Part shown: positions 34,272-43,983 of the stretch, in pieces
Layout of the letters: every line of letters starts with the position of its first letter
Position numbering within the stretch: position 1 is the stretch's first letter
Sequence record: PQ066597.1
DNA length: 64,000 nt
Reading direction: 5' to 3' (one strand)
The notes under the pieces: generated by a model
Database searches by the model: none
Seen by the model: the letters and a program-made list of their open reading frames with translations, nothing else
Told to the model about the DNA's origin: nothing
Translations under genes and position numbers: made by a program

Positions 34272-34683
34272 ACTTCTTTACCAGATCATCATAACCACCA
34301 CTGTATCCATAATCTGTGGTCTTGTCAATCTTAACCTCAATTTCTGCACTTTCAAAGTGTTCGAAATATCCCGTTACGAAATCCATATCAATTTTGATCC
34401 TACCATCAGAGTGATGAATATTCATGGATGAGAAGAAATCGAAAGGGTCTTCTGTATCCTTGGCCCATGGACGACGAGAAGCCAGATCCTTAACCATTTC
34501 CTGTTTTGCTGGTGTCCAACGTTCGTTGTTGTATGCATTGTAGAACTCGTTGAACTCGTAGATCTCAACAAGTGCCTTCATAGCATCGTCGTTGTCAAAC
34601 CAAACAGGTGCTAGGATTCGTTCGTCATCATATGTATTAAAACTATCACCAGTTCTATATTTTACCCGAATAATAAATTTCAT
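34258..34683 (-). CDS. hypothetical protein
   Basis: Tiled minus-strand ORF; YRTGDSF motif. Confidence 0.8.
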   Translation of the reverse strand: MKFIIRVKYRTGDSFNTYDDERILAPVWFDNDDAMKALVEIYEFNEFYNAYNNERWTPAKQEMVKDLASRRPWAKDTEDPFDFFSSMNIHHSDGRIKIDMDFVTGYFEHFESAEIEVKIDKTTDYGYSGGYDDLVKKYGNH

Positions 34684-34691
34684 ACAACCCC

Positions 34692-35102
34692 TTACTTGTA
34701 GAAAACGAATGATACAGATTGAAGTTTCCCACCGGTAACAACTGTTCCAATATCGAAATTCTCTTGTTTGGTCATACTTTCAATAGAACGACCCATCCGA
34801 CATAGTTGTTCAATCATTTTCTCACCACAATCTGGTTTCTGATGGAATACAATGACCCATCGCGCAGGGGCAAAGTCATTTGGTTCCAAATCCTTAATCT
34901 GGATTGATACATGCTTATCAAACCCATTGAGACAAGTTGGTTCATAATATTCATTCATTTGAACCATACGTTGGAGGGTATTGATAAACTTGTTCATTCC
35001 ATATGGATATCGGAGTCCGCTATATTTTCCGAAGCCCAGTTTATTACCGAAAACGTCTATCTCGTTTTTGAAAACTTTCTTTGCGTAAGTCGTGATTTTC
35101 AT
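34692..35102 (-). CDS. hypothetical protein
   Basis: Tiled minus-strand ORF. Confidence 0.8.
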   Translation of the reverse strand: MKITTYAKKVFKNEIDVFGNKLGFGKYSGLRYPYGMNKFINTLQRMVQMNEYYEPTCLNGFDKHVSIQIKDLEPNDFAPARWVIVFHQKPDCGEKMIEQLCRMGRSIESMTKQENFDIGTVVTGGKLQSVSFVFYK

Positions 35103-35104
35103 TT

Positions 35105-35785
35105 TTATTCCCCGAAATTGGTATACTTAGATTTAAATTCCATCAGTTTTTCTTTTGCGACTTTTTCTTTTGCAGTAAGGACGTTGATCTCTTTGGAGAT
35201 GCTTGTCAATTCACCATTCAGGCGATTGTATTCATCATTCAAAACTTTGAATGCATCTTCAATAGATGGTGTAGAAACAGATGTATGTTGTTCTTTCATA
35301 TCTTGAGATGGTTCTACCGCACCAAATAACATGTTGAGGTCAAGGAGAATTTCAAAATCTACATGAGACTCGACCTCCTTCCCGATAGGGCGTCCATTAG
35401 TCGTGATAGCATCATTAGACTTGTGAACTTTAAGTTTTCCAACCATCAAACCGTTTGTTACTTGTGCTACGGTAGTAAGAAGATGGTGGACATATCGAGT
35501 CACACCAGTTCGATATTTTTTTGCATTACCAATTTTAATAACAACGGATTTTGATGAGTGTTGGTGGAAATCACAAGAATAATTAATATGACCATAAACA
35601 TCAAACGAAGTTCGTGGGCCATATTCCCTCATTAGATTATGAAGGAATTTTTTGTTTAGGATACGAGCTGTATATGTCGCAGCCTGACGTCCGTTAAGAG
35701 GTTTCCGGACATAGTTATATGGGTTTTTATATACATCAACCTCACCACGAAGGTACTGATGTACATATTTTACAAATGGGTTCAT
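35105..35785 (-). CDS. hypothetical protein with C-terminal coiled coil
   Basis: Tiled ORF; heptad-rich tail. Confidence 0.8.
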   Translation of the reverse strand: MNPFVKYVHQYLRGEVDVYKNPYNYVRKPLNGRQAATYTARILNKKFLHNLMREYGPRTSFDVYGHINYSCDFHQHSSKSVVIKIGNAKKYRTGVTRYVHHLLTTVAQVTNGLMVGKLKVHKSNDAITTNGRPIGKEVESHVDFEILLDLNMLFGAVEPSQDMKEQHTSVSTPSIEDAFKVLNDEYNRLNGELTSISKEINVLTAKEKVAKEKLMEFKSKYTNFGE

Positions 35786-35789
35786 AATT

Positions 35790-35990
35790 TTATTCCTTTT
35801 CGTATTTTACAAGTTCGCAGTCTAAACGATCTTCTTCAAAAAGAAAAGACATATTTTCCAATTTCCTTTCTTCGCAGATCTCTTTGGTGGTTGATAATTC
35901 GACTTGGAAAGTCTCACACACAGGATTGTTGTTAATATCGATTACACATGATGTAAGAACCAGAGCAAACAAAGTTTCCATATCAATCAC
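35790..35990 (-). CDS. small exported Cys-containing protein
   Basis: Hydrophobic N-terminus, four Cys. Confidence 0.7.
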   Translation of the reverse strand: MIDMETLFALVLTSCVIDINNNPVCETFQVELSTTKEICEERKLENMSFLFEEDRLDCELVKYEKE

Positions 35991-36023
35991 CTCAACTGTT
36001 CCAATATCGATATCTTCTCAGAT

Positions 36024-36215
36024 CTAAACACCACTGTCAATAACAAATTTATGTTTACACCGACGACATCGCATATCACAAATCTGATTGAACCAGTTGG
36101 TGATCTGGATCTGTTCAGAACCACATTCAGAACAGATTGGTTTCATCTTAGAAACTGCCTTGCGACGTTCAACCAAAATCTCCATACCATCAAAATCAAA
36201 ATCAACTTCAAACAT
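36024..36215 (-). CDS. Zn-ribbon protein
   Basis: CSEC ... CRRC; GGAG RBS after promoter 36248-36276. Confidence 0.8.
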   Translation of the reverse strand: MFEVDFDFDGMEILVERRKAVSKMKPICSECGSEQIQITNWFNQICDMRCRRCKHKFVIDSGV

Positions 36216-36247
36216 TTAGATTCTCCAAAAAATAAAACGGTATAAGG

Positions 36248-36276
36248 ATTATCTCCCTATACCGTGAACATGTCAA
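36248..36276 (-). promoter_or_regulatory. sigma70-like early promoter inside terminator hairpin
   Basis: TTGACA-N17-GATAAT; ACGGTATA/TATACCGT stem 36237-36265 with U-tract. Confidence 0.65.
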
Positions 36277-36647
36277 CCTATATCTTTCTTCAATTCAGAT
36301 ATGATCCATTCAGCAAGATCATACCTATAATCCCCATAAACACCATCATACATACCAGCGTCTTTTCTCATCATCTTGTAGAATACGTCAGGTTTAATCC
36401 CACACCCAGAAGGAATAGGATAACCCAGCATTCCAGAATAATGAGGCCAAGTAACAAAAGTCTCTTGAAGGATCGCGTATATCGTCCCAACAAAAGATTT
36501 TGTTTTATCTGGCATTATGTGATTTTGCTTTTTCTTGAGGTCGTAATAGATATTTGAACAAAGACCCGCAGTTTGTCTATAATTTGTAAAATCATTTTCA
36601 AGTGCGGTTTCAAGTGACTCAATAATAGACTGCTTTATTGTTTTCAT
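36273..36647 (-). CDS. hypothetical protein, possible internal head protein
   Basis: MKTIKQSIIES N-terminus resembles T4 capsid targeting sequence; late-box variant upstream. Confidence 0.7.
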   Translation of the reverse strand: MKTIKQSIIESLETALENDFTNYRQTAGLCSNIYYDLKKKQNHIMPDKTKSFVGTIYAILQETFVTWPHYSGMLGYPIPSGCGIKPDVFYKMMRKDAGMYDGVYGDYRYDLAEWIISELKKDIG

Positions 36648-36710
36648 TTTTACCCTCTTATCGAGAGAGGAACCATTTGGTTCTCACACAACAGTTAATA
36701 CTGTCAGTAG

Positions 36711-36718
36711 TATTTAGG
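36711..36718 (-). promoter_or_regulatory. candidate late promoter CCTAAATA
   Basis: Intergenic, 64 nt upstream of ATG 36647; identical to 6966-6973. Confidence 0.45.
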
Positions 36719-36727
36719 GTTTATCAA

Positions 36728-36943
36728 TTAAATCAACAACATAACAGCGTCAACCATACCCCATACTACACCAAATGGGAACAAAACCGCAGCCACAAAC
36801 CGAAGGTATACCTCATTCGGAGCCCCCGGAATATAGATCATGGTGTGTACGTTCAGAGCCCAAAACGCGAAGTACAGAAGGAAAGGAATCATATTGGTGA
36901 ATACAAAACGAAACATCTTGTAAAACATATTAATCAACCACAT
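36728..36943 (-). CDS. membrane protein
   Basis: Two hydrophobic helices. Confidence 0.7.
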   Translation of the reverse strand: MWLINMFYKMFRFVFTNMIPFLLYFAFWALNVHTMIYIPGAPNEVYLRFVAAVLFPFGVVWGMVDAVMLLI

Positions 36944-37001
36944 AATTCATCTCCTTCTCAAGTTCAACTAGAGTATCCCATCTCCCAGAACTATAGTCAA
37001 C

Positions 37002-37280
37002 TTATTTTTTGAAGATTTTGACAATCCAACCAAGAATAGTAGCAGGCCAAATAACAGAATCGATTAGTACTGTAACTGGGATAGCGCACCAACGAAAGGG
37101 TTTTGGGTTAAAACCAAGACCAACCTTCTTTTTCCGGATCGGTTCATACCGTTCGATAAGGTCAAAATCGAATCCAAATTTTGGCTCAAGTTTCCCGTCC
37201 AAGATCAGGACACTACGAACTGACGTAATTGTATTGATAAAAGCAAAAACATAAATCATTGTTACATAAGCACTAAGCAT
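37002..37280 (-). CDS. membrane protein
   Basis: Hydrophobic N- and C-terminal helices; WP motif. Confidence 0.75.
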   Translation of the reverse strand: MLSAYVTMIYVFAFINTITSVRSVLILDGKLEPKFGFDFDLIERYEPIRKKKVGLGFNPKPFRWCAIPVTVLIDSVIWPATILGWIVKIFKK

Positions 37281-37507
37281 TACGAAACCCTCTTTAAAAA
37301 TGGTTTGGTGTCTACAAGTTCTTCCGGTAGATATAGGTTTAACTTTGTTTCCATACCACTACCACCGCACATAGAACCAAGAACAATCATCAATAGTTCT
37401 TTCATGTCACCAATTGATTCAACTTTGTCCATATCAACTACAACATGAACTGGTCTCTTAAAAACCATATCGTTTACCCTAAAGCTACCACTTTTATCCA
37501 CGTTCAA
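37280..37507 (-). CDS. hypothetical protein
   Basis: Tiled ORF, TAATG coupling. Confidence 0.75.
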   Translation of the reverse strand: MNVDKSGSFRVNDMVFKRPVHVVVDMDKVESIGDMKELLMIVLGSMCGGSGMETKLNLYLPEELVDTKPFLKRVS

Positions 37508-38462
37508 TTACCTCGTTTACATAATATTCATAAATGAAATTGTTCCAATAATCGTGGTCTACTTCATCGGGCATACCGTTTTTGGATGCGATTACCGCCG
37601 CTGCCTCCGCTCGGTCCATAACATCCTCAAGGTACGGTTGAACTTCCTTTGAAAAATCCAACTTACCTTGTTTTACAAGCTTGATGTATTCCGCATTTTT
37701 CAAGGGGAATTGAAGATCACCAGTTGTGTAAATTTCAAGAAGTTGTTCCGCACCACGAATTGCGTGACTCATCGCCTTCCAATCGATACCAGACGAAGCC
37801 TTTTCAGCCCGAGCCCCATATTCAGATTTGATCTTCATAATCTGTTCTACAAACTCAGAGTAACGGATCCCAAACAGATATTTGCGACCAAGTACCTCGT
37901 AATAATAGACGGTCTGATGGCTGGGGTCTACAAACTTACCAATAATCAAGTTTTCACTCTGGGGCATACCAGATACAAGACCACCCAATCGGTCATCCCC
38001 ATACAAGCTTACAGGACGATTCTCGATGAAAGACAACACAGAATTAAGCTCTTGGAGACGAGACCCTTTAACCCCATACTTACTTGCCTGTTTACGAACA
38101 TAACCAAGATAAGCTTTCATCTTGGTTGTGTAAAAATCAGACCGGTTGTTTCGCAAATGTTGGAAGATCTCGGAGTTTGTCATCACTTTATCGATAGGTG
38201 CGTGAAGCATATCAATAGCCGCAGTTTCCCCCTTAGAAGCCATTTGAATGAACTTTTTCAGAGAAAAATACTCTCGGTCGATGTCGTCCGCCGTGTTCGC
38301 AGACCCTTTAGCTCCGGTATCCCTGTGATAAACCTCTTTTGTTCCCATGATGATCTGTCGTGGTTCTGGGAGGAATACACCCTTATAATCAGTATCACTT
38401 TCTGGGGTGTCTGTTCCATACAACTTAGATCCAAACACACACTCAAAAATCAATTCACTCAT
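37494..38462 (-). CDS. RlaP-like nucleotidyltransferase (T4 nrdC.11-like)
   Basis: FGSKLYGTDTPESDTDYKGVF (GS-x10-DxD), DWKAMSHAIR motifs. Confidence 0.85.
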   Translation of the reverse strand: MSELIFECVFGSKLYGTDTPESDTDYKGVFLPEPRQIIMGTKEVYHRDTGAKGSANTADDIDREYFSLKKFIQMASKGETAAIDMLHAPIDKVMTNSEIFQHLRNNRSDFYTTKMKAYLGYVRKQASKYGVKGSRLQELNSVLSFIENRPVSLYGDDRLGGLVSGMPQSENLIIGKFVDPSHQTVYYYEVLGRKYLFGIRYSEFVEQIMKIKSEYGARAEKASSGIDWKAMSHAIRGAEQLLEIYTTGDLQFPLKNAEYIKLVKQGKLDFSKEVQPYLEDVMDRAEAAAVIASKNGMPDEVDHDYWNNFIYEYYVNEVIERG

Positions 38463-38466
38463 CTAA

Positions 38467-38805
38467 TTACCCCATAGTATTAATTGTATATGCACATTCA
38501 GAAAGGTAACTTTCAACATACTTATACGCATCGATAATACCACCAACTGTGTCAGAAGTTATCACAAATTCCAGAACATTATCATCATCCGGAACGATGG
38601 AGGTATTAAAATCATCAACATATTGATCACAAAAATCAACAAAACTTTCATAGAAATGATCTTTCCAGATCTCTACATCAATACAGAAATCCTTTGGAGA
38701 AATCACAACTTCAAATTTCAATTCGTGGAAATGTTTTGTTTTTATATCTTTGAACATGATCATATTATGCCTTGATGATATAGATTGGTGGACAGTTAAA
38801 CCCAC
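38467..38805 (-). CDS. hypothetical protein
   Basis: Tiled ORF; true start probably MIMFK. Confidence 0.7.
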   Translation of the reverse strand: MGLTVHQSISSRHNMIMFKDIKTKHFHELKFEVVISPKDFCIDVEIWKDHFYESFVDFCDQYVDDFNTSIVPDDDNVLEFVITSDTVGGIIDAYKYVESYLSECAYTINTMG

Positions 38806-39055
38806 GTTGTTGTTCTACCGAAACAGTATACCCCAAATTTCGGAGTTCAGAAATAAATTTATCTGATACACGAGAAAAACTTTTCTGTTCTTGTGCAGCA
38901 AGAGACATAAGTTCATCGCCCATATAACGATAAGCTAAACTTTTGGTTTTTGCCATAAATTCATAAACTTTTCGAATAACCGGGGTAACGTCAATACCAC
39001 TAACGTCATCCATGTTCAAAATAGCTTCTTTAAGACTTTTTGCTGAATAATCCAT
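38765..39055 (-). CDS. hypothetical protein
   Basis: Tiled minus-strand ORF. Confidence 0.8.
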   Translation of the reverse strand: MDYSAKSLKEAILNMDDVSGIDVTPVIRKVYEFMAKTKSLAYRYMGDELMSLAAQEQKSFSRVSDKFISELRNLGYTVSVEQQRGFNCPPIYIIKA

Positions 39056-39065
39056 AATTTATACC

Positions 39066-39509
39066 TTATTTTTTAGAAGGACTTACCATTACAACACCAT
39101 AACCACTCCAAAAATGGCTCCATTGAATATAAGAACCATGGTGACCATTCTTTTTCTTTGCGTATTGAAGTTCGTGATAAAGGTGAGGTGATACGCTTTT
39201 TGCGGTTCTAATAGCCCGGTCAACAATAAATTTATCGTAAAACAATACCATTCCGTTGTTAAATCGAATCAAAACAGATTCTTCGTTATTGACGGTAATA
39301 TCATAAAAAGGTTTTTTGTGAGTTTTTGGTATTTTTTGAATAAATGCAAAATCGGTAACCAAATTACACATTACTTTAAATGACACAAATTGCACCCGAC
39401 CAAACCCATCCAAAACAGAGAACCCACGAGCACCGGTATCTGTACCATTAGCGGGGCGGAAGCCAAGAATTGATGCCACGTCGTTAATTGCGTTAATTGT
39501 TCTTTTCAT
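39066..39509 (-). CDS. hypothetical protein
   Basis: Tiled ORF, ATGA overlap. Confidence 0.8.
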   Translation of the reverse strand: MKRTINAINDVASILGFRPANGTDTGARGFSVLDGFGRVQFVSFKVMCNLVTDFAFIQKIPKTHKKPFYDITVNNEESVLIRFNNGMVLFYDKFIVDRAIRTAKSVSPHLYHELQYAKKKNGHHGSYIQWSHFWSGYGVVMVSPSKK

Positions 39510-39619
39510 ACTTTACCTACACATTTAATATTGTTCATTTTGAATTCTGCCATGAGAACATCATACAAGCGAGCTTTTTTACCATACTTAGCAATCAGCA
39601 TTTCCAGTGATATTTTCAT
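39506..39619 (-). CDS. small early protein (37 aa)
   Basis: Start re-called at MKISLE (GAGG RBS) after promoter 39650-39679. Confidence 0.65.
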   Translation of the reverse strand: MKISLEMLIAKYGKKARLYDVLMAEFKMNNIKCVGKV

Positions 39620-39649
39620 AACTATTCCTCGGTTTGTTTCGACAAAAAG

Positions 39650-39679
39650 AGTATCCCACATCAGGGGATACTCTGTCAA
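39650..39679 (-). promoter_or_regulatory. sigma70-like early promoter inside terminator hairpin
   Basis: TTGACA-N18-GATACT; perfect 10-bp stem 39648-39674 with U-tract. Confidence 0.65.
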
Positions 39680-39684
39680 CAACT

Positions 39685-40050
39685 TTAGCAACCTTTGAGG
39701 ATATCAAGTTGTGTGCGAAGGGTAAGAGCAATAGAAGTTGATTTTACCTTAGACGACTTCAACTTAGACACAACAGTCTCCAACTCCCCAATGGTATGTT
39801 GATGTTCATTCGTCAAAAGTTGTTTCTGTGCTTCATACGAAGCTTCAAGATCTTTCAGGTCTTTCATATGTGCATTAGTGAGGTCATCCATCTGTACCAT
39901 CGTATACCCAATAGCATTGGTATCAGTTTCAGCTCGTTTTTCAGCTTGTTCTTTTAGAGCTTCTAGCTGCTGGATCATCGCATCCGTGGTTGGGATAGAT
40001 GGTGGAAGTGGGTCACTATAAAACATATCTTTAATTTTAGAAATCATCAA
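39685..40050 (-). CDS. coiled-coil hypothetical protein
   Basis: Tiled minus-strand ORF. Confidence 0.8.
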   Translation of the reverse strand: MMISKIKDMFYSDPLPPSIPTTDAMIQQLEALKEQAEKRAETDTNAIGYTMVQMDDLTNAHMKDLKDLEASYEAQKQLLTNEHQHTIGELETVVSKLKSSKVKSTSIALTLRTQLDILKGC

Positions 40051-40802
40051 AATTCTCTCTTTGTCAATACAATTTTAAAGTTAAATTCGAAAGTTTTTTC
40101 TGTTGTGTTGTTGATCACAGAAAGAATGCTATTTTCACTGTCTATATTCACGTAGAAACGAGGATCCTGCACACCACACCGGATAAGTTGATATAGTTCG
40201 TCCCCAAAAAATTCTGGTTTCAATACACAGTCATGGAACCCAATCGAACTACCATCATCCTGCCACGAGTCCCAGTGAGAGATAACAGAACGTTCAGACC
40301 CACCATAACCACCCAAGATACTCCAAATAAAGAATGAGACATCGTTGAGGCATGTGTTTACTCGATGATGGGTTACATTTTCTCCAACGACGCCAGACAG
40401 ATCATCCACAAATGTCCAGAAATTATCCGAGATAAATTCAATAAATTCTGGGGAATCCCCTCGTTCTTGATACCGAGTCAAAAACATTTCTTTGATCTTA
40501 GAACGTTGGTTATCCTGATACCACTGGTTGTTTTCATAAACTGGCTTTTCTGGATATACAAGCTCAACGTCATACCCCATATCAACAACAAATTTCACAA
40601 CTTCTGAATGTGTAGACACCATTATAAAATCAAAGGCCCCACTTTCTACATGAGACTGAATCTCTTTTAGATATTCGTTAGGCCAATTAGTTTTAAATTT
40701 AGAGTTGTCAAGATCCACAATTTTATATTGAGGAAACTTATTGTCTTTTACTGCCGTAGATTTCCCCACACCGGGAAATCCACAAATTACTTTAGTCTTC
40801 AT
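40047..40802 (-). CDS. P-loop NTPase/kinase-like protein
   Basis: ICGFPGVGKST Walker A; VSTH; RYQERG. Confidence 0.8.
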   Translation of the reverse strand: MKTKVICGFPGVGKSTAVKDNKFPQYKIVDLDNSKFKTNWPNEYLKEIQSHVESGAFDFIMVSTHSEVVKFVVDMGYDVELVYPEKPVYENNQWYQDNQRSKIKEMFLTRYQERGDSPEFIEFISDNFWTFVDDLSGVVGENVTHHRVNTCLNDVSFFIWSILGGYGGSERSVISHWDSWQDDGSSIGFHDCVLKPEFFGDELYQLIRCGVQDPRFYVNIDSENSILSVINNTTEKTFEFNFKIVLTKREF

Positions 40803-41232
40803 GTTCTCGTCTCACAAACGCTTGATAACTTTCAATATAACCCTTTATGTTATCTTTACCAATTGGGTTTTGTGTATGGTAATAGATATATTCAGGAAGT
40901 TCTTTGTTGTCGTATTGTGCAATATCAACAAGATATTTTGCACATGACAACCCTGTATATTCAATACCATCCTCGTCATAATCAGCTAGGTCGTGGTCAA
41001 AGCTAATATATTTCGGGATACCGTTAGTCCGGATCTCATCCTTAAAGTCTGAATAAGTCCGAACAATAGTCCACTGAATATCTGGGTCATAATGAACCCA
41101 ACCTACATCAGACGGATTTCGAATATCATCAATAAAAATACCACGAAATTTCTTACCCATTGCATTATTCCAATGAACTAGACCGATCAGAATTACCAAC
41201 AGTCCAATCATGGATAAAACGTAACCGGTCAT
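40792..41232 (-). CDS. cyclic-phosphate-processing receiver-domain-like protein with N-terminal TM helix
   Basis: FIDDIRNP, ISFDHDL, HTQNPIG motifs. Confidence 0.75.
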   Translation of the reverse strand: MTGYVLSMIGLLVILIGLVHWNNAMGKKFRGIFIDDIRNPSDVGWVHYDPDIQWTIVRTYSDFKDEIRTNGIPKYISFDHDLADYDEDGIEYTGLSCAKYLVDIAQYDNKELPEYIYYHTQNPIGKDNIKGYIESYQAFVRREHED

Positions 41233-41242
41233 AAATCACCTC

Positions 41243-41635
41243 TTATAGACTTGATGCACCACGAATCAACTGTTTTGTTACAACCAATTCACGTTCTCCG
41301 ATGATATCAATTACCTGTGACGGAATATACCCACATACATCAATAAAAACATGGGTTGCGTCAGGTACGGTCATCAACGCATTTTCTAATTGTTCTTTTA
41401 GACCACGAGGGCCATTGAAATTGGAACCGGATTGGACAGAAGAAACAACCAATTCAAACGTCTCTGTGTCTGGCGAAACAAAGTCATAAAGCCGCTCAAA
41501 CGCTTGTTGTTCATCAAGCTCATCAATCAATACAATTACAGGACTGATCGCAACTTGTTCCGCAGCTTTTGCCAGAAGACGGGAAGTTTTACCGGTTCCT
41601 ACTTCACCAAAAATCACTTCAAAAATTTTACCCAT
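41243..41635 (-). CDS. small P-loop protein
   Basis: FGEVGTGKT Walker A; start re-called at MGKIF. Confidence 0.7.
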   Translation of the reverse strand: MGKIFEVIFGEVGTGKTSRLLAKAAEQVAISPVIVLIDELDEQQAFERLYDFVSPDTETFELVVSSVQSGSNFNGPRGLKEQLENALMTVPDATHVFIDVCGYIPSQVIDIIGERELVVTKQLIRGASSL

Positions 41636-41636
41636 T

Positions 41637-42143
41637 TTACATTCCCTTTTGTTCAGAAGACCAACCATTTTGGTTAGCCACGGCAGAAAGACGATAGAAC
41701 CCCTCCTGATATTTGAAGGAGCGTTTCATATCTTTTTCGGTTACTCCCTTGAGGCGACGTAGGTCACTATTATGACGGAAGTCACACATCTTTACAAGGC
41801 ACGCCATCCGGTTTGATTCGATACCTTGAAGGTAAGATTCATAAACCACAGGGTCTTTATAATCGTTACCATGTTTTTTGGTCAGAAGAACCACCGATTT
41901 TACTACTTCTGGGTTAAAACCTATTTCAAGAAGGTCATCAGCAGTTGCATTCTGTACATCCTCAAGATAATCATGGAGAATCGCAACCTGTTTCAGCTTA
42001 TCGTCTGCTTTAGGACCAAGCTTTCGACATACTTCCATACAATGTTCGAAGTAAGGACGTCCACCCCGGTCAAATACTGTTGCAAATGCATCAGAAACCA
42101 GACCATAAGCAATTGCAGTCATTTTTACATCATGTTTACTCAT
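41637..42143 (-). CDS. HD-domain hydrolase (SpoT/Mesh1-like)
   Basis: DRGGRPYFEH, ILHDYLED, VKMCDFRHN; start re-called at MSKHD. Confidence 0.85.
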   Translation of the reverse strand: MSKHDVKMTAIAYGLVSDAFATVFDRGGRPYFEHCMEVCRKLGPKADDKLKQVAILHDYLEDVQNATADDLLEIGFNPEVVKSVVLLTKKHGNDYKDPVVYESYLQGIESNRMACLVKMCDFRHNSDLRRLKGVTEKDMKRSFKYQEGFYRLSAVANQNGWSSEQKGM

Positions 42144-42145
42144 TT

Positions 42146-42397
42146 TTAAATTTCCCAAAAAGTCATACGAAAAACCAATTTCTTTGCTTCATCTTTTACG
42201 TGTTGAGGTATTTCTGACCCATCAGTGATATATTCGCGGAGAGTTGGCCCATGACCTATCTTTCCGTAAAAGGGGCCTTTGACGAAGTTTGTTGCTGCTT
42301 CAACAACAAGATAACCACCATCAAAATCTTCACGGACGTATCGACCAGTTACCAATTCCGGGGAGTAGTTGCTAGATTGATATCGAATCTGAATCAT
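42146..42397 (-). CDS. hypothetical protein
   Basis: Tiled minus-strand ORF. Confidence 0.75.
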   Translation of the reverse strand: MIQIRYQSSNYSPELVTGRYVREDFDGGYLVVEAATNFVKGPFYGKIGHGPTLREYITDGSEIPQHVKDEAKKLVFRMTFWEI

Positions 42398-42431
42398 GTT
42401 TTATCTCTCTCGTAAGTTCAAAACCATTATA

Positions 42432-42620
42432 TCAATCGGGAGTCTGATAATCAACTACTATTTTCATATTATATCCGGGTCGATTATGAGTTCGATCTAA
42501 ATTACCTTCAACGTATTCAAACATATTCTCGTTGAATTTCTTATCAGAATACTCTGTATAAACAGAATTTACAAACACCATGATACCAAACACCAGAAAA
42601 ATGATTTTATACTTCATCAA
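42432..42620 (-). CDS. small membrane-anchored protein
   Basis: N-terminal hydrophobic helix. Confidence 0.7.
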   Translation of the reverse strand: MMKYKIIFLVFGIMVFVNSVYTEYSDKKFNENMFEYVEGNLDRTHNRPGYNMKIVVDYQTPD

Positions 42621-43608
42621 TCAATTCCTTACGACGCTGTTTTATTGCTTTACCAAGTTCTTTTCCTTGGAGTTCTGGGAAGTCCTTAGCACTTACAGAT
42701 CGCCACAAATCGATGTGTTCTTGACGAATCGGTTGGTGCATCAATGCATAGTGAAGCTTCGGTGTGTCGTGAGTTGCACCTGCATAATCGAGAACTTCGA
42801 ACCGAGACCCAGAAAAGTAGTACATCTCCGCTTCCATCCGTTGATATGAAGTAAGATGCAGTTTCTCATGTACCTTCAAATAACTATCAAAATCTTCGCA
42901 GTAATAGCAAAGGTCTGCAATAGTGCTGTCTGTATAGATCTTCCCATCTTTATTGAGGTTCTTAACAAATTCCCGGTCGAACCCAAAGAATTCTACCACA
43001 TCGAGTTCCCGAAGTATACCCATGAAAACATCAACATGGCTCATATCTTCCATACACTTCATAAACTCAATGAATACCCGTTCTTTAGATACCATATCCA
43101 AAGCACCACCAACAATCATATCGGTTACTGCTTTTTCCGTTTCTGGTTCCATCTTGAATCCGTAGCGTCCAGCAAAACGAATTGCACGGAAAACACGAAG
43201 AGGGTCATCACGAAACGCATATGGGTTTACCATACGAATCTGTTTCTTACCAATATCTTGGATGCCATGATAAGGATCGATATAAACAGAGTTTATGGGG
43301 TCATACGCGATAGCGTTCATTGTGAAATCTCGACGGTATAGGTCTTCTTCGATAGTTACATCTGGGTTGAAATCAACCTGAAAATCGTTGTACCCAATAC
43401 CAGTTGATACCTCTGTACGAGCCAATGCGATCTCTTCACCATCATCGTCAAGGTATACTGGGAAATGGGAACCAACACACTTATAACCAAGACCTTCCAT
43501 TTCTTCTTTTGTGGAACCTACAACAACCCAATCACGGTCTTTGACAGGTTTCCCCATAATCTGGTCTCGAACTGCACCACCAACAAGATATTTTTCCATT
43601 TTTACCAC
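42607..43608 (-). CDS. cca: tRNA nucleotidyltransferase (CCA-adding, class II)
   Basis: YLVGGAVRD, DRDW, EDLYRRDFTMNA, DDPLRVFRAIRFA, ERV motifs. Confidence 0.92.
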   Translation of the reverse strand: MVKMEKYLVGGAVRDQIMGKPVKDRDWVVVGSTKEEMEGLGYKCVGSHFPVYLDDDGEEIALARTEVSTGIGYNDFQVDFNPDVTIEEDLYRRDFTMNAIAYDPINSVYIDPYHGIQDIGKKQIRMVNPYAFRDDPLRVFRAIRFAGRYGFKMEPETEKAVTDMIVGGALDMVSKERVFIEFMKCMEDMSHVDVFMGILRELDVVEFFGFDREFVKNLNKDGKIYTDSTIADLCYYCEDFDSYLKVHEKLHLTSYQRMEAEMYYFSGSRFEVLDYAGATHDTPKLHYALMHQPIRQEHIDLWRSVSAKDFPELQGKELGKAIKQRRKELIDEV

Positions 43609-43973
43609 TCCTTCAATGGTTTTGGTTTTAGTGTATTACAGGATTTATACAATATATCGATCTTGTTGAGGTCAACATAAATCTTGTTTGTTGTGTACGT
43701 AAAGCAATTTTTCAACTTTGGATAAAGGTCGTCAGCAGTCATTAGAATAATTGGTTTCTGATCTGAATGTTTCCGGATCCCCCATTTGTTAAACTCAAAA
43801 ATCCCGTTTTTGTAATCACAATACAAGACATACCCAGCTTCACTTAAAGCTTGCTTATAATGAGATGGGAGATTTTCAAGCTTTCTTCCACGGTATACTT
43901 CAAAACAACACACTATTAAAAATACAATAACAAAGAAAATCGAGCAAAATACCGCTGCGTTGATAATATCCAT
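43602..43973 (-). CDS. membrane-anchored hypothetical protein
   Basis: N-terminal TM helix. Confidence 0.75.
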   Translation of the reverse strand: MDIINAAVFCSIFFVIVFLIVCCFEVYRGRKLENLPSHYKQALSEAGYVLYCDYKNGIFEFNKWGIRKHSDQKPIILMTADDLYPKLKNCFTYTTNKIYVDLNKIDILYKSCNTLKPKPLKEW

Positions 43974-43983
43974 AAATTTATCC

